Origin: Flaccisagitta enflata
Lineage: Eukaryota
Reading direction: 5' to 3'
Assembly (NCBI GenBank): GCA_965153355.1
Contig: OZ231126.1
Span: forward strand, 11,532,001-11,596,000
DNA length: 64,000 bases
The notes below the pieces were generated by a model that worked only from the letters and a program-made list of their open reading frames with translations, was not told the DNA's origin and did no database searches. The translations under genes and the position numbers were made by a program. This document shows positions 15,783 through 28,786 of the stretch, piece by piece (position 1 is the first letter of the stretch; each line of letters opens with the position of its first letter).

Positions 15783-16208
15783 TACTCGCTTGTCAAAAAA
15801 CAGCTGCAAAAAGGAACAAATTCCATAAGCATTTAGATTTTTTAGCCCGACATGCCCAATAAACCTTTGATTAGTCACGTACATTCAAACAAAGGGCGTG
15901 TTTCCAGTGACGACTAAAAACGCGTTTGTTCCCGTCGAACGCGTTTACAGCATGAACACATATTCATAAAATAAACTGTCCCATGAGGGAGTGAGCAAAC
16001 TGAGTGAGCAAGCCCATGAATGGATTGATTGAGCGAAGCGAGTGTAGCAAAGCGAGCGTAGCAAAGCGGTGCGCTGCGAAGCGAGTTAGCGGAGTGAGCA
16101 GTGCGAACGAATGAATGTAGCGAGCGACCGAGTGCAGCGGCCCATTAAAAACGCGATTGTCTGTGACTAGAAACGCCCCCTAATAAGTAAACAACCCTAC
16201 AAACAAAC

Positions 16209-16314
16209 CTTTTGGGCCTCTCCCGGTAGCCTGAAGCTCCAAAGGAATTGTCTCAACGCCTGAACGAGGATCACATCGTGGAATTCGTGCAACAGCAAAA
16301 ACTCGTCCAACACT
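16209..16314 (-). CDS. CYTH: Cytohesin exon 3 (Sec7, glutamic finger)
   Basis: Hand translation [41 protein letters not shown] catalytic motif intact; 106 nt, phase 2 to 0. Confidence 0.95.
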
Positions 16315-16686
16315 CTAAAAGAAAATGAATGGGAAAATGTTGGTTGTGCTGCGTATAATAGTTTTTTTTTAGGGAGGGGTTTTTATGGGTGGTTACACAT
16401 TAAGGAGTTTGTGCAAAAGTAAAAAAAAGTCATCTATTTTTTTTGAGGAGAAAAAACGAAGACTTGACATGTGGTCCTTTGTTTCGTTTATGGACCTACT
16501 ACTGAACTATAAATGACATCTATAAATGACAAGTGGAACAATATCCCTCACCTAACCTGGACGGATAAACGGAAGAGGGCCTTGTGCATTAATTTGGACA
16601 AGGAAATTCTGAGATTATAAAGGCAGAGCATTTGTGCGAGAGCGATAATTCACAGTTCCAAAACAACTCTTTTGAATATTCCTCAC

Positions 16687-17490
16687 CTGAGATGGAAATC
16701 TTCGTTGGTGCCTAAAAAGTCACCAATGGCTGATTTATTGAGTCCTTCTCCTCGATGCAGAAACGCGGCCACAGCAGCCGGAGAATCGTCACCATCCAAA
16801 CACTCGGAGATCAAGAAACTGATGCCCTTCTTCGGGTCCATGTTAAACTTTTTACGAGCTAATCCTAATTTATTCGTCTTTCTCTTCGTCCGTTGATAAG
16901 GAGATGGACGATGATGAGAATGAGAACAATGAGGAGAATGAGGAGGCACGTGAGTGGGGTGAGCGTGAGAATTACAGTTGTTATTGTTGTTGTTGATAAT
17001 CTCGTTGTTTTCGTACTGCTGATGGTGTTGCTGTAGTTGTTGCTGTTGTTGTTGATGACAACAACTGCTGCTCGGAGGCGTCAGGAGGCTGTCGTCGAAT
17101 GTCTCGTCGACGGTCATGTCGACGGTCATGTCGGCGGTCATATCGAGAGTCATGTCGACGGTCATGTCGGCGGCTGTCGTGTCGGCGGTCACATCGAAAG
17201 TCTGATCGCCGACGGAGTCCGAAAGAGTTTCATCGAAGCAGTTCGTCGACATCATTGGGGATGCATATGTCGACATTTCCGTCGTCGACGTCATCGGGGA
17301 TGCAGTTGGACGAGGCGCCGGAAGTTCGTTGGGCGTCGACGAAGAGATTGAAACGGAATGAACGATTGGAGGCGGCATCGTCGTTGTCGTCGCCATGGGG
17401 ATGTCGGACGAGCCGATGGAGCCATCGGCTTCGGAACAGGAAGTGCAGGAAAGGCTCTCCATGTGGTCGTCAACGTCGTCAATCTCCATT
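16687..17490 (-). CDS. CYTH: Cytohesin exon 2 (end of coiled coil, long linker, Sec7 N-terminus)
   Basis: Acceptor cacag|A ATG GAG; encodes LGLARKKFNMDPKKGISFLI...FLHRGEGLNKSAIGDFLG, a typical cytohesin Sec7 start; donor AG|gtgag. Confidence 0.92.
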
Positions 17491-18206
17491 CTGTGGAGGA
17501 AGAGGGGGATGAGGAGGAGGAGGATGAATAGGAGATGGTACGTATAATAAATGAGATTTAATGTAATGATGGTTGAAAAAAAATAAAAAGATATATAGGA
17601 GTACGTGAGAAAAGAGACAATGTTGATGAGGTAGAACATAACGGTTAAGAAAAAAAATATCAAGGCAAAAAAAAGCCATATCATCAAAGAATTTGTCAAT
17701 TTACTTCGAAGAAAAGGAAGGAGAAAGACATAAAAGTATCAATTTGTTTTTGGGAGGGTTGAGTGGGAATTTCTTAGCACGACATTGAGTCGTTGAGAAC
17801 AAATCGGAACATCCGTCTATTCTTTGTTGTATCCGGCTGGAATTTGTTTTCTTTCGAATTCTTTTTTGTATTATTTTGATGTTGCTATTTTGATCCGTTC
17901 TCGAAATTTTCTAAAAGTGTTCGTCCGTCTGTTTACTTGCCAGACCGTCTTTTATTTATGCGTTCGTCCGTTAGCCTCCTTATTCTTTTTTATCTTTTTG
18001 TTTTGCTCTTTTGTTTTTTGTTTTTTGTTTTTTGTTTTTTGTTTTTTGTTTTTTGTTTTTTGTTTTTTGTTTTTTGTTTTTGTTTTTGTTTTTTGTTTTT
18101 TGTTTTTTGATTTTGTTTTTTTGTTTTTTTTTGTTTTTTGTTTTTTGTTTTTTGTTCTTTTGTTTTTCTTGATATTTTCCTTCATTTTCATCTTCTTCTT
18201 CTTCTA

Positions 18207-18253
<47 letters not shown>

Positions 18254-18287
18254 AGTTGTTGTTGTGGTTGTGGTTGTGGTTGTGGTT

Positions 18288-18385
<98 letters not shown>

Positions 18386-18422
18386 GGTTATTGTTGTTGC
18401 TGTTGTGGTTGTGGTTGTGGTT

Positions 18423-18457
<35 letters not shown>

Positions 18458-18487
18458 GGCTGTGGCTGTGGTTGTGGTTGTTGTTGG

Positions 18488-18569
<82 letters not shown>

Positions 18570-18819
18570 CTTGTTGTTTTCTTCTTCCTCTTCTTCTTCT
18601 CTCTCCTCATGATCTAAAATATAGATGTAACCGATAGAGTTATGATATCCCAACAGCTTGAGAAGCACAAAAAATGTAAGCCGGATCACAAATTTCACAA
18701 CAAGACCTCCTAGAGACTAAATCCTACGATGGCTGGACTCGATCTTGTTTACTGTAAATAACATTTGATGACAAAGTTTTAAACATTTATTTCTTTTTTG
18801 TAAGTTCACAACCTGTACC

Positions 18820-18867
<48 letters not shown>

Positions 18868-19008
18868 GAGAGAGACAGAAAGGATGACTGAAAGTCACAA
18901 AATCGAGAAAATGTAAGTTAATGATAGAAGAAGAAAAAAACTTGTGGAGAGATTGAGTTAGAAACAGAACTAAGCAGAGGCAAGAAAATGATAAGGCAGA
19001 AACGACAA

Positions 19009-19313
19009 AAACAAGCCCGACCGGGCAACGATGCGTCCGGGCTGTGTTTCAGCGTTTATTGATCATGTGACATATGTATGGAGAGACAGATGGACAAACA
19101 GACGGGTGAAAAGACTCGCAAAACACGTTGGTTGATCATTTGTTTCAGTGTAGGATCTCACCGTGGCCAAAAACAGCCGAGAAACGCGGTTTTTGCACAG
19201 GCGTAACGGACCGACCGACGGACGGACCGACAGACGGACCGACGGACCGACGGACGGACGGACGGACAGACCCTCTTATAGAGATGCGTTCCTGACGGAC
19301 GCATCTAAAAAAG
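19009..19313 (-). mobile_element. HINE-like element, third family (GATGCGTCC subterminal repeat)
   Basis: AACAAGCCCGACCGGGC hairpin, GGAC microsatellite, AGATGCGT..ACGCATCTAAAAA end. Confidence 0.65.
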
Positions 19314-19521
19314 ACACTAAAGAGACTAAGAGTAAGACGATAGATCAAAGACAAAATCCGGCTGAGGGACAAAGAGAGAGACAGAAAAATAATGGTAGAG
19401 TTGAACAAACCGGTCGAGAATGAAAAATTAAAAGGAATGATTCATGAAAATGACTTTTTGCTTTGAAATTCTTTTACTTGTGCCAGTCAGCAGCGTCCCA
19501 GATAACGTTAGTCACATAATT

Positions 19522-19680
19522 CTTAAACGCGGACAAGCGACTCTTCACCTTGCCATGTCGGTCCTTCCGTCGGCCAGTCGGTCGGTCCGTCCGAAATATT
19601 TTTGAATTGCAAGCGGTTTTTGCATCACTGCTCATGTCCAACTGTCCGCGACTGGATTGCCGTGTATCCGGCCTTGTTTT
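19522..19680 (+). mobile_element. HINE-like element (same family as 2357-2515, 26912-27063, 41985-42128)
   Basis: Near-identical 3' end GTCCGCGACTGGATTGCCGTGTATCCGGCCTTGTT and internal microsatellite. Confidence 0.7.
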
Positions 19681-19809
19681 TTTTTAACTTCATACCTAAA
19701 GTTCAACAATATTTCTTGCTGAAAACATGAGACAAATTTACTCTTACCGCCATGCTACGTCTCTGTCTTGTATCCGTCTATGCCTGTCTGTCTGTCTATC
19801 TGTCTGTCT

Positions 19810-19897
<88 letters not shown>

Positions 19898-20248
19898 CTC
19901 TTTTAATCAGAAGGCTGACTGATATTGCACACTGGGAGACATAAAGATATTTAGATTAACTTATGGCGACCAAATTATAAAACGTTAACCCCCCTCGAAG
20001 GAAATTAAGTGACGACTTGTAATTTGCTTGGTCCTCAGGGAGGACAATTTAGGTTTATTTATGAATATGACGATAGAAGGAAACACGTCAGTTCCACTTT
20101 CAGGATCCTTATGACGGCTGCAAAAGGGATTGCTGAAAATCACTATCGTTAGTTTTTTTTTATCGATTTTACAGCAGCAACATGACAACAACATGCAACA
20201 TTTTACAACATTTACAACATGACGCGATAAAGGGAACGACGAATGACT

Positions 20249-20374
<126 letters not shown>

Positions 20375-20388
20375 GCAGCAGCAGCAGC

Positions 20389-20512
<124 letters not shown>

Positions 20513-20514
20513 CG

Positions 20515-20592
<78 letters not shown>

Positions 20593-20617
20593 GCGACAAT
20601 CATCAAATGAAACTCAC

Positions 20618-22098
20618 TTTAAATGTTTAATCTCTTCCACTAATTCGTCCTTCTTGTATCTAATGTAGTTAAGAAGTTGCTCCTCTTCTTCTTCTTCTTC
20701 TTCTTCTTCTTCTTCTTCTTCTTCTTCTTCTTCTTCTTCTTCTTCCTCTTCCTCTTCCTCTATGGAACGTCTCGTCGACTCTGATGCGGATGCAGGTATG
20801 GATGCGGACTGGGATGCGGACGCGTGTGCGGTCGCGGATGCGGCTGAAGGTTTGGATGCGGACGCGGAAATGGAGACTAGAAGCGGTCGTCGACGAAATT
20901 CACGGAATCCGTCGTGACGCTTCAAAGGCTTCTTGTGTGATTTGACGGGACGCGAATTGACATCTTTATCGTCGTTAACGTCGTTGTCGTAATCTCTCTC
21001 GTCGTCGTAGTCGTCATCGTCGTCGTCGCTGTCATCATCCAACAGGCCGTCGCGCGAGAGTCGGCGTTCGAACGACGCGACGTTTCTCGTCGACGACGTA
21101 TTCGGTGAACCGGAAGTTGAATTTGGCGACGCGATCGATCTCAAATGACGAGTCTTCATTAAGGGAGATCCGAAGTTGTATTCGTGCGGTCTAGATGCGG
21201 TTGACGAAGTCGTGGAGGAGGATGATGTCGTCGACGAAGATGCGGCGGAGGTGGAGGGGGCTTGGTTATGCCGTTGCTGTTGCTGTTGTTGTTGCTGCTT
21301 CTTTTTCCTTCTTCTCTCAGATGGAAGCGTGAAGTCGATGAGGCTTATATCGTCATCGTCGTCAATATCGTCATCGGTCAGACAACAGCCGTAATCCTTG
21401 CTGTTGCCGTTGTTGTTGTTGTTATTTAATCCGCTGCCAATGTCTTGACTCGGCAATGACAGCGTCGATCTCGTGGCTGGTCGTAGGCTTCGCGGCTTAG
21501 AACTGTAATGATGCTGCTGTTGTTGTTGTTGTTGTTGTTGCTGCGTTTTTTGCGGACGCTGATTATGTTGTGGTTGCTGTTGCTGTCGATGCGACGACGT
21601 ATAATACTGCTGAGAGTAATGATGATAAGGACTTGGCTGGAGATGATATGGGGAGACGATCGAGTAAGGGCTGGGGTATGGTTGGGGGTAGTAGGGAATA
21701 GAGGATGGATGTGGGTGGGAATGGTACGGGTTTTGGTGGGGGTGGTAAGGAGTTTGGTGGGGGTGGGGGTGGGGGTGGGGGTGGTGCGGGGTTGACCGAG
21801 GATCCGGGAATTGCGTTGCGGCTGTAGATCCGGTCTTTTTCGGGGGTTTGGCGTTGATCAACACTGTTGTCGTCGTCGATGTTGATTTCGACGATTTTGA
21901 AGATGAATTTGGTGTTGTTGTTGATGTTGTTACTGTTGATTTGTCGCTTTTTTTTTTCTTCGCTGATCGGGCTTTATCATTGGCTGAGGCGCTGGACGAT
22001 CGCGCCTTCTCATTGGTGGAGACGCTGGACGATCGCGTCTTCTCATTGGTGGAGACGCTGTTGACGCCGGAAGCGCCGCCTCCGATCGCCGCGAACAT
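20618..22098 (-). CDS. CYTH: Cytohesin-family ARF-GEF, coding exon 1 (low-complexity N-terminal extension plus start of coiled coil)
   Basis: 494-aa ORF ending in LLNYIRYKKDELVEEIKHLK, resembling the cytohesin coiled coil; donor AA|gtgagt (phase 2) joins in frame to the next exon. The start ATG at 22098 is inferred (in-frame TGA upstream; a possible acceptor ttccgcag lies at 22126). Confidence 0.75.
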
Positions 22099-22633
22099 GA
22101 CGCCGCCGATGGAGAGAAGCGGAATCTGCGGAAGTCAGAATAAGAGCGTGGGAGGAGACAGAAAAGATGAGAGCGATGAAGGAGACGCCGTAGAATTTGA
22201 GGGGGGAGTAGAAACAAGGGAGGTGGAGAAGAGGGGGAAAATGAAAACCGAAATAAGATTTGAGGAATTAATCTTTAAATCAAACGATGGCTTGTCAAGA
22301 CCCACTTTAGCCACTTCATTCTTTTTTTTCAGTCGCGTATGGAAAAACGACTGTACAAAAAAAATATCTACGTGTAATAATTTGATTTCGTATAGATAGA
22401 TGCAAAATAGGACGCGGGCGACTTAATTCTTGGTCGAGTGTCCCACCTTCTTGATCTACTGAAATAAGTAGAGTGATACTGTTCTGATAATTTTCTTTTC
22501 AAAAATGAACGGAACGATCAGGGGAATGAAAAGCGTCCATTTGAAAGCAAAACATTTGATTTACACGTACAATATTTCTCTCTCTCTCTCACTTTTTCCA
22601 GTGCCTCCCAATAACCCTTTGGCCTTGAGGCTG

Positions 22634-24113
22634 TTTTTAGTCGCGTGCACGCGACTCTATGACCCACTCCGTCCGTCTGTCGGTCGGTCCGTCCGTCGGT
22701 CCGTAACGCTTAGCTTTTTTTCGTCGTTTTACATCATTTTAGGGTATTTTATGTCATTTTAAGTCATTTTAAGTCATTCTAAGTCATTTCCAGTCATTTT
22801 CAGTTAATTTTAGTCACTTAAGTCATTTTGTCATTTTTTGTCATTTTTTGTCATTTTTTGTTATTATAAGTCATTTCAAGTCATTCTTAGTCATTCTAGG
22901 TTATTTTAAGTCATTCTAAGTCATTACAAGTCATTCTGAGTCATTCTAAGTCACTAAGTTATTTTTTGGCTGTGTAGTTTTTTGGTAACACTTTGCTTTT
23001 TTGCGTCGTTTTTGGTCAGTTTGGGTTGTCTGGAGTTATTTTGAGTCATTTTTTTGTTGTTTTTGGTCATTTTTGGTTGCTTTTGGTCATTGTTGGTTGC
23101 TTTTAGTCATTCTTGGTCATTTTTGATCATTTTTGTCACTTTGTTCAAATAAGTCATTTGTGTCATTTATGGGCATTTAAAATAGTTTTAAGTCTTTTCA
23201 AGTCATTTTGGAACATTTCAGGTCATTTTTGGTCATTTAACATAGTTTTTTGGCATAGTTTAAGTTGGCTGGTTTAAGTCTGCTGGTTTGAGTCTGCTGG
23301 TTTAAGTCTGCTGGTTTAAGTCTGCTGGTTTAAGTCTGCTGGTTTAAGTCTGCTGGTTTAAGTCTGCTGGTTTAAGTCTGCTGGTTTAAGTCTAATTGTT
23401 TGAGTCTGCTGGTTTTAAGTCTGCTGGTTTAAGTCTGCTGGTTTAAGTCTGCTGGTTTGAGTCTGCTGGTTTAAGTCTGCTGGTTTAAGTCTGCTGGTTT
23501 AAGTCTGCTGGTTTAATTCTGCTGGTTTGGGTCTGGTTTAAGTCTGGTTTAAGTCTGGTTTAAGTCTGGTTTAAGTCTGGTTTAAGTCTGGTTTAAGTCT
23601 GGTTTAAGTCTGGTTTAAGTCTGGTTTTAGTCTGGCTTAAGTCTGGTTTAAGTCTGGTTTGAGTCTGGTTTGAGTCTGATTTGAGTCAGGTTTAAGTCTG
23701 GTTTGAGTCTGGCTTGAGTCTGGTTTAAGTCTGGTTAAAGTCTGGTTCATGTCTGATTTATGTTCGGTTTAGGTCTGGTTTAGATTTGGTTTATGTCTGG
23801 TTTAAGTCTAGATTAGGTCTGGTTTAGGTCTGGTTTTGGTCTGGTTTTGGTCTGGTTTAGGTCTGGTTTAATTCTGGTTTGAGTCTGGTTTGAGCCTGGT
23901 TTGAGTCTAGTTTGAGTCTGGTTTGGTTCTGGTTTGGGTCTGGTGTGAGCCTGGTTTGAGTCTGGTTTGAGTCAAATTTGAGTCTGGTTTGAGTCTGATT
24001 TGGTTCTGGTTTAGGTCTGGTTTAAGTGTGATTTTTGATAAAAAGATAGAATAGGAGTCAGGTCAGTTCAGTTATTTTTGTCCTGCACGCGACTTAAAGG
24101 TGTTGGCCTTGTT
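22634..24113 (+). mobile_element. Long HINE-like element carrying internal 10-, 14- and 11-bp tandem arrays
   Basis: TTTTAGTCGCGTGCACGCGACT start, GTCC microsatellite, subterminal GCACGCGACT near 24085, GGCCTTGTT end. Confidence 0.7.
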
Positions 24114-25529
24114 CTGATTAGTACTTGTCTTTGTTTTTGTCTCTCCTAATGTTGGAGTTTTCTCTTTGCACTGGATTTGACTTTGGAAAACAAACAAGGC
24201 TGAAATCCCCGTCAAAAATCGGCCTCGGGTGTGTCAATATGCAAAAAATATCAAAAAAGAAAAAAACTGGTGATGAGGGTTACAATATCATTGCAAAAAC
24301 ATTCAACCTTTATCAACACCTTTACCTTCACCTCTTTATACTGACAAGTTTCTGAAACGCTTGTTTTTTCCACTTTTTTATTCGATTTTACAAATCAGCT
24401 GATTGATAAGCCGATAAAGCCTATTATAGATTTAGTATTTGTAACTGAAAACCTTATCAATCTTTTTTTTTCTTTTTTATATAAAACTAAAATTTAAACA
24501 ATAACACAAATAAAAAAATATTTTTCTAAAAAATAAATTATGATTTATTTCTTTATTCAAAAGTAGTTGTAAGATAAAATGATAATTTGCATTTTGACAC
24601 TCCCTACCGTTTCAAACAGATCAATAATATACAGTAAATACACGCTCTCTCTCTCCGCTTCTTCCAGTGAATATCGACCCGCATTTCTGGCATATTTCTA
24701 CGACTAAAAATCTTTTCTTATCCAAAGGCAAATATTCCGTTTTTGACCGCGACAAAAGAGATTGGCCAAGAGAAAACAAAACGCGATGTATAAAAAATCG
24801 ATATCTTTTAATCTTTGGGACGTAAAAAGCCAAATGCTGGGCAGGCTATGTGTGGGTGGACACGAGGTATGGGGAGTGGGGGCGCAGGGGCATGAGGCGT
24901 GGAGGGGAGGGGGACAATAATCAATTCTTTGATTGGACAGGGCCGACCATGAAAAAAAACAAAAAACAAAAAGAGATGAACAGATGTATGAATTGGTCAA
25001 ATGACTTGGATTATAGAAGAGACAGCGTAAGCTTGCATGCGTGTGAGCAAGTGTGTGCATGTGGATACGCGTGCGTGCATGTGGGCGCGCGTGCGGACAT
25101 GTGGGTACGTGTGCGTAAGACCAAATACTAGGCACTTTCCCGGTTCCAGTGCGCTGACTTCCCCAAAGTTTCTTCATTATAGCATCTATTCAAACCACCA
25201 TACCCAATACCCATCGATGTTGCCAGAGAATCTTTTATCCATATCTTGGCGCCAAATCCTTGTGACTATGACTTATACTCTTATGAGTTATGGCTTTACA
25301 ATTTCGACTCACAAAACGTGCCTCCCTTAATTAGTTGGGCTTTTTACTCTCTCATGACAAAGAGATGCCCTGTTACCAGTAGTATGCAACTGCGCAAAAC
25401 TCCACCATGATAAAAAAAAAAGAAAAAGAAAAGATGAGGAATTACCCATGGTTTCGTGTTGAGGTTCCATCCAGATGAGAAAATAGAAGAAAAGGCTGAA
25501 ATAAGTCAATGACGATGGTAAAGCGATAG

Positions 25530-25737
25530 AGAGTGACAGAGACAGAAACAGAGACCGAGATAGAAAGGAAGATGGAGACAGAGACCGGGATAGAAAGTGA
25601 GACAGAGACAGAGACCGAGATAGAAAGGGAGACAGAGACAGAGACCGAGATAGAAAGGGAGATAGAGACAGAGAACGAGATAGAAAGGAAGATAGAGACA
25701 GAAAACGAGATAGAAAGGGAGACAGAAACTGAGAGAT
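25530..25737. repeat. GA-rich 30-36-bp minisatellite
   Basis: GAGACAGAGACCGAGATAGAAAGG units. Confidence 0.85.
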
Positions 25738-26347
25738 AGTTTATGACGTCAGCGCAGTTGGATCTCTCTCTCTCTTTCTCTTCGCAGTTTGATTCTGATC
25801 ATGACATAACAAGGACGATGACCTTAGTCCAAAAACAAACACTTGAAAAGAAACCGCGCGGTTTTTATCGGGATTTATCACTTTTGGGAAATGTGATTTT
25901 TATTTGATTTATTTGATAGTATCTCCGTCATTTCCCAGATTTTAACAGCGTCGGGTTTTCTTATGTTATTAGTTTTTCAATATGCGCTATTGATATTCTA
26001 GCAATATCTATTGTTTTCGTTATTTTTACCAATTGTTATTTCTATTCTTTTTTCTCTACATTAATCCGTTGATCCCGCGATCGTCTTCACTCCATGTTTT
26101 CATTAATGATGTCAAATGTTACAATAGTAATGATCCTCTCCTTCACTTTCAGTTTTCAATCGTCGCGTCGCATCATGCTATCCATAGGAAGAGAATGATG
26201 AATGAACGTGGAAAAGATCGGATGCCCCAATTATGCAAATGAGAGGTTTTCTAAAACCATGGGTAACTTCTGTTTATTTTGAGTTTGAGGATATTCGTTC
26301 CTTCCTGTTTGAGCATGCAGTATTGTTGTTTGTTGCTGTTTGTGGAC

Positions 26348-26519
<172 letters not shown>

Positions 26520-26911
26520 GGTGTTGTTGTTGTTGTCGTTGTTTCCCTCTCTTTCGAATACTACAGTTGATTTTTTTCTACGTTTACAGAGGTTATGCAA
26601 AATCAATGAAAGATGAGAAGAATTGACAAATCGAGAAATCGGTAAAACCTAAGACTTCGATGAAGAGGAGGCAGAAAAGGAGGAGGAAGTGGAGGACGAG
26701 AAGAAGAGAAAGAATTAAGAAGTTCGCGTACGAACTCATGAAAGAACGAAGATTTCTTTCTCTCTTTCGCTCGGGAAGGAAAGTGAAGAAGGAATCGGGA
26801 TAAGGAGGAGAAGGTGGAGAAGGAAGAGGAGGAAGAGGAATGATGAGGATGGGGAAATGCGAAAAAGGGTCGATTATAGGGCGGTATTTTATGATGGAGT
26901 TCGGAGGAAAA

Positions 26912-27073
26912 GAACAAGGCCGGATACACGGCAATCCAGTCGCGGACGGTTGGGCAGGAGCAGTAATGCAAAAACTGCTCGGAATTCAAAAATGTGACGG
27001 ACGGACGGACGGACCTACCGACCGACACGGCAAGGTGTAGAGTCGCGTGTCCGCGACTAAAAATCAGACAGAA

Positions 27074-27148
<75 letters not shown>

Positions 27149-27427
27149 CAGAGAGAGACGGAGAGACAAAGAGACAGAGAGACAGAGAAAGGAAAGAAAA
27201 AACTTCAACTTAGATACTGTCCAAGGCCGGATACACGGTTACCCCAGTCACATGCGGGTGGGCAGGGGTCGTAATTGAGGTTACCAGATCATTTGGGCCG
27301 TAGCAATGAGGCCCAAAACCGCAAAAACCCAGAAAAAGTAGAGTGTGACCGACGGACGGACCAACGGACCGACGAGCCGACGGTCCGACAAAGCAGGGTG
27401 TACTGTCACGTAGCACGCGACTAAAAA
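26912..27427 (-). mobile_element. Two adjacent HINE-like elements (26912-27063, 27221-27427) separated by a GA microsatellite
   Basis: Both show CAAGGCCGGATACACGG ... CGCGACTAAAAA termini. Confidence 0.75.
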
Positions 27428-27450
27428 ACTAATAATAAGTCACAAAAGCG

Positions 27451-27893
27451 ATAGGCGGTCAGCGGTAGACAGTGGCACCCGTGCCCTGATTGTAGTTGAA
27501 GGTGGGAGCGGCCCCGAAGGGGTCGAAGACCTATGCTTTCACACAGGGGAATTTTCTCCTTCTTCTCCTCCTTCTCCTTCTCCTCCTCCATCCCCCTAAC
27601 CCCAACCTCCAGTTTCATATCTCAGCCTTGAGGCCTATATCCCAGCCTGGAGGCTGAAATTCCCAAATTCCTTGAAGCTGGGATTTGGGCCTAGAAGATG
27701 GGATTTTTGCCTTTAGATGGGATTTGGGCCTTACGTTAAGGTTGTGATTTGGGCTTAAAGGCTGGGCTTCGAGGCTGAGATATGAGCCTCGAGGCTGAGG
27801 TATGAGCCTAGAGAGGGAGGGGTATAAAGAAGGAGAAAATTCCCCTTTGTGAAAGCATAGGACATCGATCCCTTTGGGGCCGCTGGCCAAAAA
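27451..27893. mobile_element. Long-inverted-repeat element with a degenerate ~20-bp internal array
   Basis: ~55-bp inverted repeats at about 27508-27563 and 27828-27883 (GCGGCCCCGAAGGGG...CCTATGCTTTCAC..AGGGGAATTTTCTCC). Confidence 0.65.
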
Positions 27894-27902
27894 GGAAGGG
27901 AA

Positions 27903-28786
27903 GACCAGTCGCCCAAGGGCAATATGTGGTCAGCGATACCCGTTGCCCTGCTGTGTATGTTTGTGATTGTAGGTGATGGGTAGCAGGGCAGCGGCCCCAA
28001 AGGGGACGATGTCCTGTAGAACACAGGGGGACTTTTGTTCGTTCGTCCATCCATGTGAGCAGATTTGAGCCTTAAGGCTGCAATTTGAGCCTCAAGCAGG
28101 GATTTGAGCTTCGAGGCTAAGATTTGAGCCTTGAGGTTGAGATTTGAGTCTCGAGGCTGGGTTTCAAGCCTCGAGGCTGGAATTTGAGCCTTGAGGTTAG
28201 AATTTGAGCCTCGAGGCTGGAATATGAGCCTCGAGGCTGGGATATGAGCCTCGAGGCTGGGATATGAGCCTCGAGGCTGGGATATGAGCCTCGAGGCTGG
28301 GATATGAGCCTCGAGGCTGGGATATGAGCCTCGAGGCTGGGATATGAGCCTCGAGGCTGGGATATGAGCCTCGAGGCTGGGATTTGAGCCTCGAGGCTGG
28401 GATTTGAGCCTCGAGGCTGGGATTTGAGCCTCGAGGCTGGGATTTGAGCCTCGAGGCTGGGATTTGAGCCTTGAGGCTGGGATTTAAGCCTCAAGGATGT
28501 GATTTGAGCCTTGGGGCTGGGATTTAGGCCTTGAGGCTAAGATTTGAGCCCCAAGGCTGGGATTTGAGCCTTGAGGCGGGGATTTGAGCCTCAAGGTGAG
28601 GATTTGAGCCGCGAGGCTGAGATTTGAGCTTCAAGGCTGGTATTTGAGCATCGAGACAGGAATTTAGCCTATAGGCAGAGATTTGAGTCTCAAGGCCAGG
28701 GGGGGGGGACGCACGCACGCACGCACGAACGAAAGTCCCCCTGTGTTCTACAGGACATCGTCCCCTTTGGGGCCGTTGCCCAAAAA
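27903..28786. mobile_element. Long-inverted-repeat (foldback/HINE-like) element with a 20-bp tandem array
   Basis: Leader GTCGCCCAAGGGCAATATGTGGTCAGCGATACCCGTTGCCCTGCT; IRs at about 27986-28042 and 28725-28781; array (GAGCCTCGAGGCTGGGATAT)n between them. Confidence 0.8.

Noticed and set aside
15894-16180. Possible PIF/Harbinger-like MITE with GGGCG..TTTC ends
   Set aside because: Ends too degenerate and TSD unclear; single copy in the window.
17491-17699. Hydrophobic N-terminus of the 338-aa ORF suggesting a transmembrane Sec7 protein
   Set aside because: T-rich intron upstream of the acceptor at 17491.
28063-28693. CRISPR-like appearance of the palindromic 20-bp array
   Set aside because: No unique spacers, no cas genes, eukaryotic context.
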